Assembly (NCBI GenBank): GCA_024236235.1
Contig: JACKKV010000007.1
Coordinates: 6,330-70,329 of the forward strand
Direction: 5' to 3'
Length of the DNA: 64,000 bases
Source: Novosphingobium sp.
GTDB lineage: Bacteria > Pseudomonadota > Alphaproteobacteria > Sphingomonadales > Sphingomonadaceae
The notes under the pieces: model-generated
What the model was told of the DNA's origin: nothing
Seen by the model: the letters and a program-made list of their open reading frames with translations, nothing else
Database searches by the model: none
Made by a program: the position numbers and the translations under genes
Shown: positions 29,682 through 37,918 of the stretch, piece after piece
Layout: each line of letters opens with the position of its first letter
How positions within the stretch are numbered: position 1 is the stretch's first letter

Positions 29682-29725
29682 GTGGCCCGGCCTTCCGGGA
29701 GGGGGGCAGGGGAAAGCCGGGCCAC
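29682..29725 (-). promoter_or_regulatory. Perfect 10-bp GC-rich hairpin between the precursor and maturase genes
   Basis: GTGGCCCGGC (29682-29691) pairs with GCCGGGCCAC (29716-29725) across a 24-nt loop. It lies in the 92-nt gap between the bufA2-like stop and the DUF692 start. Confidence 0.5.
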
Positions 29726-29749
29726 GGGGAGGTGAACGGCGCTGCGGGT

Positions 29750-30031
29750 TTAGCCGAGATCGCCGATCGTGCCGCCCTTGGTCAGGCATTCGCCCGCTTT
29801 CATTGCCTTGAAGCCGTGGCCCTTGCAGGCGTTCATGCCCTTGCAGGCATGTTCGGCGGTGGCGCAATCGGCCGTGCCCTTGCAGCTGTTGACGCCATAG
29901 CAATGCACCGTGTCGTTTGCGCCCACCGCGATGCCGTTGCTGCCGGCCGGGGCATCTGCGGCAAAAGCGGCGGCGGAAAGGGCGAGTGCGGCGGCGGCCG
30001 AAGCGATGGTGGCGGTACGGGTCTTGGTCAT
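29750..30031 (-). CDS. bufA2: Six-Cys bufferin-type precursor peptide (BufA2-like)
   Basis: Sec signal ([10 protein letters not shown]|AD). Core [32 protein letters not shown]...GEC, i.e. C-x5-C-x5-C-x6-C-x5-C-x12-C. GGAGA RBS 6 nt before the ATG at 30031. Confidence 0.7.
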   Translation of the reverse strand: MTKTRTATIASAAAALALSAAAFAADAPAGSNGIAVGANDTVHCYGVNSCKGTADCATAEHACKGMNACKGHGFKAMKAGECLTKGGTIGDLG

Positions 30032-30074
30032 CGGGAGTCTCCATATGTAATCGGTGCCAGTGCGGCTATGTGCC

Positions 30075-30101
30075 ATTCGCGCCATTGATGCCGACGGTTA
30101 C
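30075..30101 (-). promoter_or_regulatory. ECF (SigF/ECF16-type) promoter candidate for the bufA2-bufB-bufC operon
   Basis: The minus strand reads GTAACC-N16-CGAAT (plus strand: ATTCG 30075-30079, GGTTAC 30096-30101), 44 nt upstream of the bufA2 start. Confidence 0.6.
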
Positions 30102-30124
30102 AGGCAGGAAAATTTTTTCGCATT

Positions 30125-30151
30125 GTAACCTGTGCATCCCCCGCCGCGAAT
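30125..30151 (+). promoter_or_regulatory. ECF (SigF/ECF16-type) promoter candidate for the bufA1-doxX-sigF-nrsF operon
   Basis: GTAACC (30125-30130), N16, CGAAT (30147-30151), about 40 nt upstream of the bufA1 start. The motif and spacing are identical to the divergent copy. Confidence 0.6.
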
Positions 30152-30191
30152 AGCCTGCCAGCCCTGGACGTTGCCGGGGCGCAGACCGGAG

Positions 30192-30473
30192 ATGAAGATG
30201 AAGACCAGATCGATCGCCGCCCTTGCGGGCGTGGCCATGTCAGGAAGCCTCGCGGTTCAGTCCGCCGTTGCGGCGGACCGCGCGCCGATGGAAAAGTGCT
30301 ATGGCGTCGCCAAGGCCGGCAAGAATGATTGTGCGGCAGGCGCAGGCACCAGCTGCGCGGGTACTTCCACCCGTGATTATCAGGGCAATGCCTGGAAACT
30401 GGTGGCCAAGGGCAGCTGCACCGCGATCAAGACCCCCAAGGGGCCGGGTTCGCTGACCCCGATCCAGCGCTGA
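30192..30473 (+). CDS. bufA1: DUF2282 four-Cys bufferin-type precursor peptide (BufA1-like)
   Basis: Signal peptide, then [51 protein letters not shown]. The second ATG at 30198 has better RBS spacing. Confidence 0.75.
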   Translation: MKMKTRSIAALAGVAMSGSLAVQSAVAADRAPMEKCYGVAKAGKNDCAAGAGTSCAGTSTRDYQGNAWKLVAKGSCTAIKTPKGPGSLTPIQR

Positions 30474-30495
30474 TCGCCAGCAGGGGAGAGCAGCG

Positions 30496-30954
30496 ATGCA
30501 ATCCATTTCTGCCCGCTGGGATCGCGCGGCCGCCTGCCTTGCGGGGCGCCGGGGTGAAGGGCTGGCGCTGCTTCTCACCCGGATCGCGCTGGCTGGCGTG
30601 TTCTGGCGTTCGGGCCAGAGCAAGCTGGTGGAAGACAGCTGGTTCGCGATCAGCCCGTCCACTTACTTCCTGTTCGAGACGGAATATAGCGCGGTCCCCC
30701 TGCCGCCCGCCTTCGCGGCGGTGATGGCGACCATTGCCGAACATGTTTTTCCCATTCTGCTGGTGCTGGGGCTGGGCACGCGCCTGGCCGCGCTGGCACT
30801 GCTGGGCATGACGATGGTGATCCAGATCTTCGTCTATCCCGAAGCGTGGTGGAGCGTGCATCTGCTGTGGGTGGCGATGGCCGCCATCCTGATCTCGCGC
30901 GGGGCGGGCATGTTCTCGCTCGATGCGCTGCTGGGCGCGAGACTTCGCGCGTGA
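30496..30954 (+). CDS. DoxX family membrane protein (BufD-like)
   Basis: LLLTRIALAGVFWRSGQSKL and four hydrophobic helices. Confidence 0.75.
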   Translation: MQSISARWDRAAACLAGRRGEGLALLLTRIALAGVFWRSGQSKLVEDSWFAISPSTYFLFETEYSAVPLPPAFAAVMATIAEHVFPILLVLGLGTRLAALALLGMTMVIQIFVYPEAWWSVHLLWVAMAAILISRGAGMFSLDALLGARLRA

Positions 30955-31481
30955 CAGCGGATGAGGCGGCACTGGCGCGGCTGATGGGCGCGGCCCAGCA
31001 GGGCGACCGGCAGGCCTATGCCGTCTTGCTGGAACAGGCGGGCAGATGGCTGCGCCGGTATTTTGCCCGGCGGGTCGCACCGCAGAACCTTGACGATCTG
31101 GTGCAGGAGGTGCTGCTTTCGCTGCACCGCAAGCGCGCGACCTACGATCCTGCCCGCCCGTTCCTGCCCTGGCTGGCGGCGATTGCCCGCTATCGCTGGG
31201 TCGATCAGCTACGCGGTGAATATCGGGCCGCCACCCAGGAGCTGCAGGACAATGATGCGGTGGACGAAGGCAGCGAGGATGCGGTGCTTGCCCGGATCAG
31301 CCTCGACCGGCTGTTCGCCCGGCTCCCTGCTGCCCAGGCCCGGGCGATCGAGCTGGTGAAGATCGAAGGGCGCAGTATTTGCGAGGCATCGCAACGCTGC
31401 GGGCAGAGCGAGGCGCTCGTCAAGGTGAACATATTTCGCGGCATCCGCAAAATGGCCGCGCTGATCGAAAAGGCACAATAG
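30951..31481 (+). CDS. sigF: ECF RNA polymerase sigma factor (SigF/ECF16-like)
   Basis: Region 2 (DLVQEVLLSLHRKRATYDP...FLPWLAAIARYRWVDQLR) and region 4 (IELVKIEGRSICEASQRCGQSEALVKV). The GTG start overlaps the doxX stop (GTGA). Confidence 0.8.
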   Translation: MTADEAALARLMGAAQQGDRQAYAVLLEQAGRWLRRYFARRVAPQNLDDLVQEVLLSLHRKRATYDPARPFLPWLAAIARYRWVDQLRGEYRAATQELQDNDAVDEGSEDAVLARISLDRLFARLPAAQARAIELVKIEGRSICEASQRCGQSEALVKVNIFRGIRKMAALIEKAQ

Positions 31482-31482
31482 G

Positions 31483-32124
31483 ATGAAGCGGACAACGGAC
31501 GGGCTGATCGCGCAACTGGCGAATGAACTGCAACCGGTGCGCCCGTTGCGCTGGCGGGCCGGCATGGCGCTGGCGCTGGCGGCGTTTGCCATGGCCGCGC
31601 TCGCCGTCGTGGCCTTGCGCGGCCTGAGCGAGGGCGTGGCGCACGGGCATGTTTCGGCCTTCTTCGTGGTCGCCAACGGGCTGCTGCTGCTGCTCGGTCT
31701 GGCCGGGGCGAGCGCGGTGATCGCGATGGCATCCCCTAATGTGGGGGCGCAGCATCAAGGCCCTAAATGGGCGCTGGCGATGGTCATGGTGCTGCCGGTG
31801 GCTGCCGCATTCGCATTGCTTGGCAGCGGATCAGCGGATCATTCGATCGGCGGGCTGCACGCAGTCTACTGCATCGCCCTGTCGCTCGCCACGGCGGCGC
31901 TGGTCGCCGCTGCGCTGGTCGTGTGGCTGCGCCAGGGGGCGCCGGTATCGGCACCTGCGGCGGGCCTTTACACCGGCATTGCCGCAGGTGCGCTGGGCAG
32001 CGTTGCCTATGGCCTGTCCTGCCCGGTCGACACGATTGCACATCTGGGCATCGCGCATGTCGTGCCGGTGGCGCTGGCAGGGGCCATGGGGCGGATCGCG
32101 CTGCCTGCATTCCTGCGCTGGTAA
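31483..32124 (+). CDS. nrsF: DUF1109 (NrsF-type) membrane anti-sigma factor
   Basis: MKRTTDGLIAQLANELQPVRPL N-terminus and six predicted TM helices. It starts 1 nt after the sigma factor stop. Confidence 0.75.
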   Translation: MKRTTDGLIAQLANELQPVRPLRWRAGMALALAAFAMAALAVVALRGLSEGVAHGHVSAFFVVANGLLLLLGLAGASAVIAMASPNVGAQHQGPKWALAMVMVLPVAAAFALLGSGSADHSIGGLHAVYCIALSLATAALVAAALVVWLRQGAPVSAPAAGLYTGIAAGALGSVAYGLSCPVDTIAHLGIAHVVPVALAGAMGRIALPAFLRW

Positions 32125-32140
32125 ACGCCTGCGCGGCGGC

Positions 32141-33454
32141 TCAGACCGCCGAACTGAACCGGCGCAGCGAATCCTTGCGATAGACGTCGAATTGCGCGGC
32201 GATGCTGCGTGCATAGGGCAGGCCCGCACCGGTGATGATCACCACATCGTCGGCCATGCGCAGCAGGCCACGGCTGGCAAAGGGGGCGAGACGGGGCAAT
32301 GCCTCCTGCAGCATGGCCGCGCCAACCCGCGCCTGCCCGTTGCACAGCAGGCTTTCGATGATCGCCCCGCGCGTCCGGTCATCCCGGCTGCGGGCGATGC
32401 CGCGTTCGACGGGGTGGCGATCCTGCGACAGCAGCATGCGGTAACGGCCGGCATTCTTTTCCTTCTGCACCAGCAGATCCGGAAAGACGCAGATCGACGA
32501 TGCTCCCAGCCCGATCAGCACCGGTGCGCCGTCATCAGTAAAGCCCTGGAAGTTGCGATGCAGATGGCCTGACAGCGCCGCCTGCGCCAGCGGATCGCCG
32601 GGCAGGGCGAAATGATCGAAACCGACCGGCTGATAGCCTTCATCGCTGAGCAGGCGATAGCCCAGCGCGGCCATCCTGAAGCGTTCTTCCTGATCGGGCA
32701 GTGCGTCCGCTTCGATCTTGCGCTGGCGCGGGATCAGTTGCGGCACATGCGCATAGCCGAACAGGGCGATGCGATCCGCGCCAAGAGCGGCTGACAGCCG
32801 CAGGCTCTGTTCCAGATCGTTCAACGTCTGTCCGGGCAACCCGTACATCAGGTCGAAGTTGAGCGAGCTGATGCCCGCATCGCGCAGCAGGGCAACGCTG
32901 CGCCGGATATCAGCTTCGGGTTGTTCGCGCCCGATGGCGGTCTGCAGATGCGGGGCAAAGGTCTGCACGCCAAGGCTGGCGTGCGTTGCGCCGACCCCGG
33001 CAATGACATCGCGCCAGCTGTGCGTGAGCGTGCGCGGGTCGAGCTCCACCGAAATGACTGGCTCCGCGATCGGAAAGTTGAGCACCAGCGCATCCATCAA
33101 CCGCACGAAATCATGCGGGGCGATGGCATTGGGGCTGCCACCGCCAAAGGCGATGCGGCGCACCGCAATGCCCGGCGGCAGCAGCGCCGCAGTCAGCGCG
33201 ATGTCGCGGTGAAGCGCATCAAGATAGCTGGCGAGCCGTTTCTTGTGATTGGCCGCCGCCGTGTTGCAGCCACAGTACCAGCAGATCTTCTCGCAAAAGG
33301 GGATGTGGACATAAAGCGAGATGTCGCCCTGCACCCGTTGGAGCGCCCGCGTGAAATGGCCTGCATTCACGCCTTCGCCAAATTCGGCGGCAGTGGGATA
33401 GCTGGTGTATCGCGGCACGGGCACAGCCAGCAATTCGGGAAAATAAGGCCACAT
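32141..33454 (-). CDS. hemN: Oxygen-independent coproporphyrinogen III oxidase (radical SAM)
   Basis: RYTSYPTA and HIPFCEKICWYCGCN (CxxxCxxC) motifs. 437 aa. Confidence 0.9.
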   Translation of the reverse strand: MWPYFPELLAVPVPRYTSYPTAAEFGEGVNAGHFTRALQRVQGDISLYVHIPFCEKICWYCGCNTAAANHKKRLASYLDALHRDIALTAALLPPGIAVRRIAFGGGSPNAIAPHDFVRLMDALVLNFPIAEPVISVELDPRTLTHSWRDVIAGVGATHASLGVQTFAPHLQTAIGREQPEADIRRSVALLRDAGISSLNFDLMYGLPGQTLNDLEQSLRLSAALGADRIALFGYAHVPQLIPRQRKIEADALPDQEERFRMAALGYRLLSDEGYQPVGFDHFALPGDPLAQAALSGHLHRNFQGFTDDGAPVLIGLGASSICVFPDLLVQKEKNAGRYRMLLSQDRHPVERGIARSRDDRTRGAIIESLLCNGQARVGAAMLQEALPRLAPFASRGLLRMADDVVIITGAGLPYARSIAAQFDVYRKDSLRRFSSAV

Positions 33455-33486
33455 GCAGCACTATTGACCATGGCTGGCCGCCGCGA

Positions 33487-33735
33487 TCATTGCCTTGGAT
33501 CAATCTTTCCCGATTGCCGCTTGCGTTCCGCTGAAGAATGGCACGCCTTGCCGCAGCACAGACGTTCGTTTTCGCCCGGCAGCAGCGGTGCGCCCAGCGG
33601 GATTTCGACGCTGGCCCCTTGCGGTCCGCCGCACAGGCTGACCACAATCGCGTCGCGTGCGGGCAGCAGCGCAGGGTTCACCATCGCCGGAATGAAGGCG
33701 ATGATGGCAAGGCCGGGCGATCCGGTCCGGCTCAC
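33487..33735 (-). CDS. Small Cys-rich hypothetical membrane protein, translationally coupled to ccoS
   Basis: The GTG start overlaps the ccoS stop (GTGA). One hydrophobic segment (LAIIAFIPAMVNPALL), then SLCGG...LCCGKACH. Third-position GC is high, as in neighbouring genes. Confidence 0.4.
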   Translation of the reverse strand: MSRTGSPGLAIIAFIPAMVNPALLPARDAIVVSLCGGPQGASVEIPLGAPLLPGENERLCCGKACHSSAERKRQSGKIDPRQ

Positions 33736-33881
33736 GCCTCGTCCTCCTCGTCAATCAGGATGCGCTGTGCCGCGCCGTCCAGATCGTCGAACTGGCCGGT
33801 CCTGAGCGACCAGAAGAAGCCGCCGAGGCCCGCCAGCCCCAGCAGCAGGGCAATCGGGATCAGGAATGCGAGGCCATTCAT
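33732..33881 (-). CDS. ccoS: cbb3 oxidase maturation protein CcoS/FixS
   Basis: Hand translation gives MNGLAFLIPIALLLGLAGLGGFFWSLRTGQFDDLDGAAQRILIDEEDEA (49 aa). Too short for the ORF track. It starts 8 nt after the ccoI stop. Confidence 0.85.
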   Translation of the reverse strand: MNGLAFLIPIALLLGLAGLGGFFWSLRTGQFDDLDGAAQRILIDEEDEA

Positions 33882-33888
33882 CGCGCGA

Positions 33889-36039
33889 TCACCGTGCCGC
33901 CCGCGCCAGCCGCAACGAATTGCCGACCACCACCAGCGAACTGGTCGACATGGCGATGGCGGCGATCATCGGGGTGACATAGCCGGCGATCGCCAGCGGC
34001 ACCGCGCAGATATTGTATCCCACGGCCAGCGCGAAGTTCTGTCTGACCACGCGCATGGTGGCGCGCGCGGCGTTGACCGCACGGGGCAGGGCAATCAGCG
34101 AATCCTGAACGAACACGAGGTCGGATGCCTGCAAGCCCACATCGCTGGCCGAGCCCGGCGCCATGGAGGCATCGGCCTTGGCCATTGCCGGTCCGTCATT
34201 CAGCCCGTCACCCACCATCAGCACGCGGTGGCCTGCGGCCTGCAGTGCGGCGATTGCCGCCTGCTTGCGGGCCGGGTCCGCTTCGCCCAGACCGTCCAGC
34301 CCAAGCTCCTGCGCCACCCGTTCCACTGCGTCCTGCCGGTCGCCTGACAGGATCGAGGCGCTGATGCCAAGCCGGGCCAGCCGCTGCAGGGCCTCCTTCG
34401 CGTCGGGTCGCAACCGGTCGGAACAGGGGATAACCCAGGTCGGTTCGCCTTCCAGAAACAGCGTCACGGCCATGCCGCCCGCGCTGTCCGGGCGGCGCAG
34501 CGCAACCTTGCGCCCCTGCCAGCAGGCGAAGACGCCTTCGCCCGGCCGTTCTTCCACCAGCGACAGTTCGGCGGCGCGATGCCCCTTCGCGGCAAGGGCC
34601 GCCGAGAGCGCCTGCGAGATCGGGTGCTTGCTGTGCGAGGCGAGGGCGAGAGCGACCCCGGCGGCGGCTGGCGGCAGGCTGGCAATTACCGCCGGGTCCG
34701 GGACCGGACGGCCCATGGTCAAGGTGCCGGTCTTGTCCAGCAGGGCGCGGTCGATCCTGGCCAGCCGTTCCAGTGCGGAACCGTCCTTGACCATGATCCC
34801 GGCGCGCATCATCGCCGCGCTGGCCACCACCTGGGCCACGGGCACGGCAAGGCCGAGCGCGCAGGGGCAGGTAATGATGAGCACGGCGATGGCGATGACC
34901 AGCGACTGGTACCAGCCCGCCCCGGCGATCATCCAGCCCGCGAAGGTCAGCGCGGCAAGTGTGTGCACGGCAGGGGCGTAAAGCCGTGCCGCGCGGTCGG
35001 CGATGCGGACATATTTCGAACGGTCCTGCGCCGCCGCTTCCATCAGCCGGGCGATTTCGGCCAGCGTCGTGTCCGCGCCGATCGCCAGCACCCGTACATC
35101 GACGGGGGCATCGAGATTGAGCGTTCCGGCCAGCACCTTTGTCCCTTCGCCAGCGGCGGCTGGTGCACTCTCCCCGGTGAGCAGCGATTGGTCAAACCGG
35201 CTTGTCCCGCTGACGATCACGCCGTCTGCGGCAAGCCGTTCCCCGGCGGCGACCCGCATCACCATGCCTGCCGTCAGCTCATCCGCCTTGCGCCACGAAA
35301 GGGCTCCGTCCGCATCTATCACCGTAGCGCCCTGCGCTGCCTGGCTGAGCAGCGCATCCACCCCGGTGCGCGCCTTGTCGCGCATCATCGCGTCCAGCGC
35401 GCGGCCTGCCAGCAGGAAGGCGAGCAGCATCAGCGCGCCATCGAACCAGGCCTCCGCACCGCCGGCCAGCGTTTCGTGGAAGCTGAGTGCGGTGGCGAGA
35501 ATGACGCCGATGGAAATCGGGACATCCATGTTGGTCCGCCCGCGCCGCAACGCCGCCCATGCGGAACGGAAAAAGGGCTGACCCGCAAAAATGATCGCCG
35601 GGATCGCGATGGCGGCGGAAATCCAGTGAAACAGGTTGCGCGTGCTGCCTTCAGCGCCGGACCAGACGCTGACGGACAACAGCATCACATTCATGCCCGC
35701 GAAGGCCGCGACGGCGAGCGGGGCCAGCAGCGGTTTGACCTGCGATTCAGAACGGGCGAAGGCGCCCTTGCGCGGCTGCGCTTCAAAACCGATACGGGCC
35801 AGTTCCTCTACCAGATCGCGCGCCTTCAACCCGGCGTCATGATGCACGGTCACTTGCCGCGCAGACAGGTTTACCCGCGCATCGGCAATGCCCGGCACCC
35901 CGGCCAGACCGCGTTCGATCTTGCTGATGCACCCGGCGCAATGCATGCCCGGCACTGCCAGCACGGTTTCCTGCCAGTGTCCCCGATCGGAGCCGGAGGA
36001 TGGCTGTGCGATCACGGCAGCGGAACCTCGTGCCGCCAC
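33889..36039 (-). CDS. ccoI: Copper-translocating P-type ATPase CcoI/FixI
   Basis: GMHCAGC metal-binding motif, CPCALGLA, DKTGTLT, GDGLNDGPA. Confidence 0.9.
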   Translation of the reverse strand: MAARGSAAVIAQPSSGSDRGHWQETVLAVPGMHCAGCISKIERGLAGVPGIADARVNLSARQVTVHHDAGLKARDLVEELARIGFEAQPRKGAFARSESQVKPLLAPLAVAAFAGMNVMLLSVSVWSGAEGSTRNLFHWISAAIAIPAIIFAGQPFFRSAWAALRRGRTNMDVPISIGVILATALSFHETLAGGAEAWFDGALMLLAFLLAGRALDAMMRDKARTGVDALLSQAAQGATVIDADGALSWRKADELTAGMVMRVAAGERLAADGVIVSGTSRFDQSLLTGESAPAAAGEGTKVLAGTLNLDAPVDVRVLAIGADTTLAEIARLMEAAAQDRSKYVRIADRAARLYAPAVHTLAALTFAGWMIAGAGWYQSLVIAIAVLIITCPCALGLAVPVAQVVASAAMMRAGIMVKDGSALERLARIDRALLDKTGTLTMGRPVPDPAVIASLPPAAAGVALALASHSKHPISQALSAALAAKGHRAAELSLVEERPGEGVFACWQGRKVALRRPDSAGGMAVTLFLEGEPTWVIPCSDRLRPDAKEALQRLARLGISASILSGDRQDAVERVAQELGLDGLGEADPARKQAAIAALQAAGHRVLMVGDGLNDGPAMAKADASMAPGSASDVGLQASDLVFVQDSLIALPRAVNAARATMRVVRQNFALAVGYNICAVPLAIAGYVTPMIAAIAMSTSSLVVVGNSLRLARAAR

Positions 36040-36461
36040 TGCCTGCCTGCATCGCTGACAGAAATGCGCAGTTGCCAGCGCCCGGCGGGCAATTTCTCGG
36101 CAGAGACGAACCGCCCCGCCCTGTCAGCGCGAAAGCTCAGCGTCCGGTCAGGCAGGCGACCAAGCGGGTGACGGGCGATGGCGGACACCTCGGCACCGGC
36201 GGGAGCACCGCTCAGCCCGATTTCGACATGGCGATCCTCGCGCCAGTTCACCCGGGCATCCCAGCCCAGCGCAGATTCCGCCCGTGCCTCGTCCAGCCAG
36301 CGATTGTAATGCTGGCTCGCGACATAGGAATTCTCGACCACCACGCCGCCAAAGGTCGACAGGGCGAGCCGCGCCATCAGGAAATTGACGCCCGCGACAA
36401 TCGCGAAGAACGTGATCAGGATCGCGGCCATGTGGCGACCGGTGAAGCGGCCTTGCATCAT
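36012..36461 (-). CDS. ccoH: FixH/CcoH family protein
   Basis: An N-terminal TM helix plus a FixH-like periplasmic domain. It sits between ccoG and ccoI. Confidence 0.8.
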   Translation of the reverse strand: MMQGRFTGRHMAAILITFFAIVAGVNFLMARLALSTFGGVVVENSYVASQHYNRWLDEARAESALGWDARVNWREDRHVEIGLSGAPAGAEVSAIARHPLGRLPDRTLSFRADRAGRFVSAEKLPAGRWQLRISVSDAGRQWRHEVPLP

Positions 36462-37918
36462 TGTGCCTCCGGCGCTTCGAAGCGCGTTTCGCTGCTGTCG
36501 CTCTCGCCCTTTTCGTCGAGCGAGCGCAGATTGAAAGTGACATGGCCGCTGGCCGTGCCGCGCGGAGCGATCACATAGGCGCGCAAATTTTCGACCGCAT
36601 CGGCAGCGATGGTGCGGCGGATCGTGCTGGCGGCATTCTGATGCGGCATGTCATCGGTCCACATTCTTGCGCCCGGAATACCCGCGATGGCGATTTCCAT
36701 CTGGCGCGGACGACTCTCCATGTTGCGCAGCTTGACAGTGTAGCCGTTGCGGACCGATCCGTCACTCATCAGCATGAAGGGCGGGTTGCGGTCCTGCGCG
36801 ACGGAAATATCGGTGCGGCTGCGCGTGCCCAGCGCAAACAGCAGGGCCAGACCGATGCCCGCCCAGATCGCGAAATAGACCATGGTGCGCGGGTGGCGCA
36901 GCGTCTGCCAGACGGGAACCGGGGGCTTGCCTGCCGCTTCTGCCTTGCAATCTTCCAGCGTGGCATAGTCGATCAGCCCGCGCGGGCGGCCGATGTCCTT
37001 CATCACCCGGTCGCAGGCGTCAATGCACAGGGCGCAGGTGATGCAGCCGATCTGCGTTCCTTCGCGGATGTCGATCCCGGTGGGGCACACGGCCACGCAT
37101 TGGCCGCAATCGATGCAATCGCCGAACTTGTCCGGTTCCTTTTCCGCCTTCTTGACGCTGCCGCGCGGTTCGCCGCGCCAGTCCTTGTAAGTCACGATCA
37201 GCGATTTTTCGTCCAGCATCGCGGTCTGGATGCGCGGCCATGGGCACATGTAGATGCAGACCTGTTCGCGCATGAAACCGCCCAGCCAGAAGGTGGTGAA
37301 GGTCAGCACCGCGACGGTGGCATAGGCGACGCCCGCCGCATCACCTGCGAAGAAATCGCGCAACAGGGTGGGCGCGTCAGCGAAATAGAGAATCCATGCC
37401 CCGCCGGTCAGGAAGCTGATGACGAGATAGATCGACCATTTCAGCAGGCGGCGTGTGATCTTGGCCGGTCCCCATGGTGCCTTGTGCAGGCGGAAGCGGG
37501 CATTGCGGTCACCATCAATGAAGCGGTCGATATGCTGGAACAGGTCCGTCCACACCGTCTGCGGGCAGGCATAGCCGCACCAGGCGCGGCCGACCACGCT
37601 GGTCAGCAGGAACAGCCCGATCCCGGCCATGATGAGCAGGCCCGCCACGAAATAGAATTCATGCGGCCAGATTTCGATGCCGAACATGTAGAAACGGCGA
37701 TGCGCCAGATCGATCAGCACCGCCTGGTCCGGCGCATAGGGTCCGCGATCCCAGCGCAGCCATGGCGTGACGTAATAGACCGCCAGCGTGACGACCATGA
37801 CGAACCATTTGAACCGGCGGAACGGGCCGTCGATCCGCCGGTTGAAGACCGGTTCGCGCTTCGCGTACAGCACCGCCTGCGGCGCCTCGGGCGGCTGGAT
37901 CGGTTCAGGGCTGTTCAT
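36458..37918 (-). CDS. ccoG: cbb3 oxidase accessory protein CcoG/FixG (4Fe-4S ferredoxin-type)
   Basis: CIDCGQCVAVCP and CITCALCIDACD clusters. Start at MNSPEPIQ (37918). Confidence 0.9.
   Translation of the reverse strand: MNSPEPIQPPEAPQAVLYAKREPVFNRRIDGPFRRFKWFVMVVTLAVYYVTPWLRWDRGPYAPDQAVLIDLAHRRFYMFGIEIWPHEFYFVAGLLIMAGIGLFLLTSVVGRAWCGYACPQTVWTDLFQHIDRFIDGDRNARFRLHKAPWGPAKITRRLLKWSIYLVISFLTGGAWILYFADAPTLLRDFFAGDAAGVAYATVAVLTFTTFWLGGFMREQVCIYMCPWPRIQTAMLDEKSLIVTYKDWRGEPRGSVKKAEKEPDKFGDCIDCGQCVAVCPTGIDIREGTQIGCITCALCIDACDRVMKDIGRPRGLIDYATLEDCKAEAAGKPPVPVWQTLRHPRTMVYFAIWAGIGLALLFALGTRSRTDISVAQDRNPPFMLMSDGSVRNGYTVKLRNMESRPRQMEIAIAGIPGARMWTDDMPHQNAASTIRRTIAADAVENLRAYVIAPRGTASGHVTFNLRSLDEKGESDSSETRFEAPEAQ

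Noticed and set aside
30096-30120. GGTTAC...TTTTCG read on the plus strand as a third ECF promoter
   Set aside because: On either strand the element order is wrong (the -10-like element lies upstream of the -35-like one) or the spacing is off. Only the two GTAACC-N16-CGAAT arrangements are correctly ordered.
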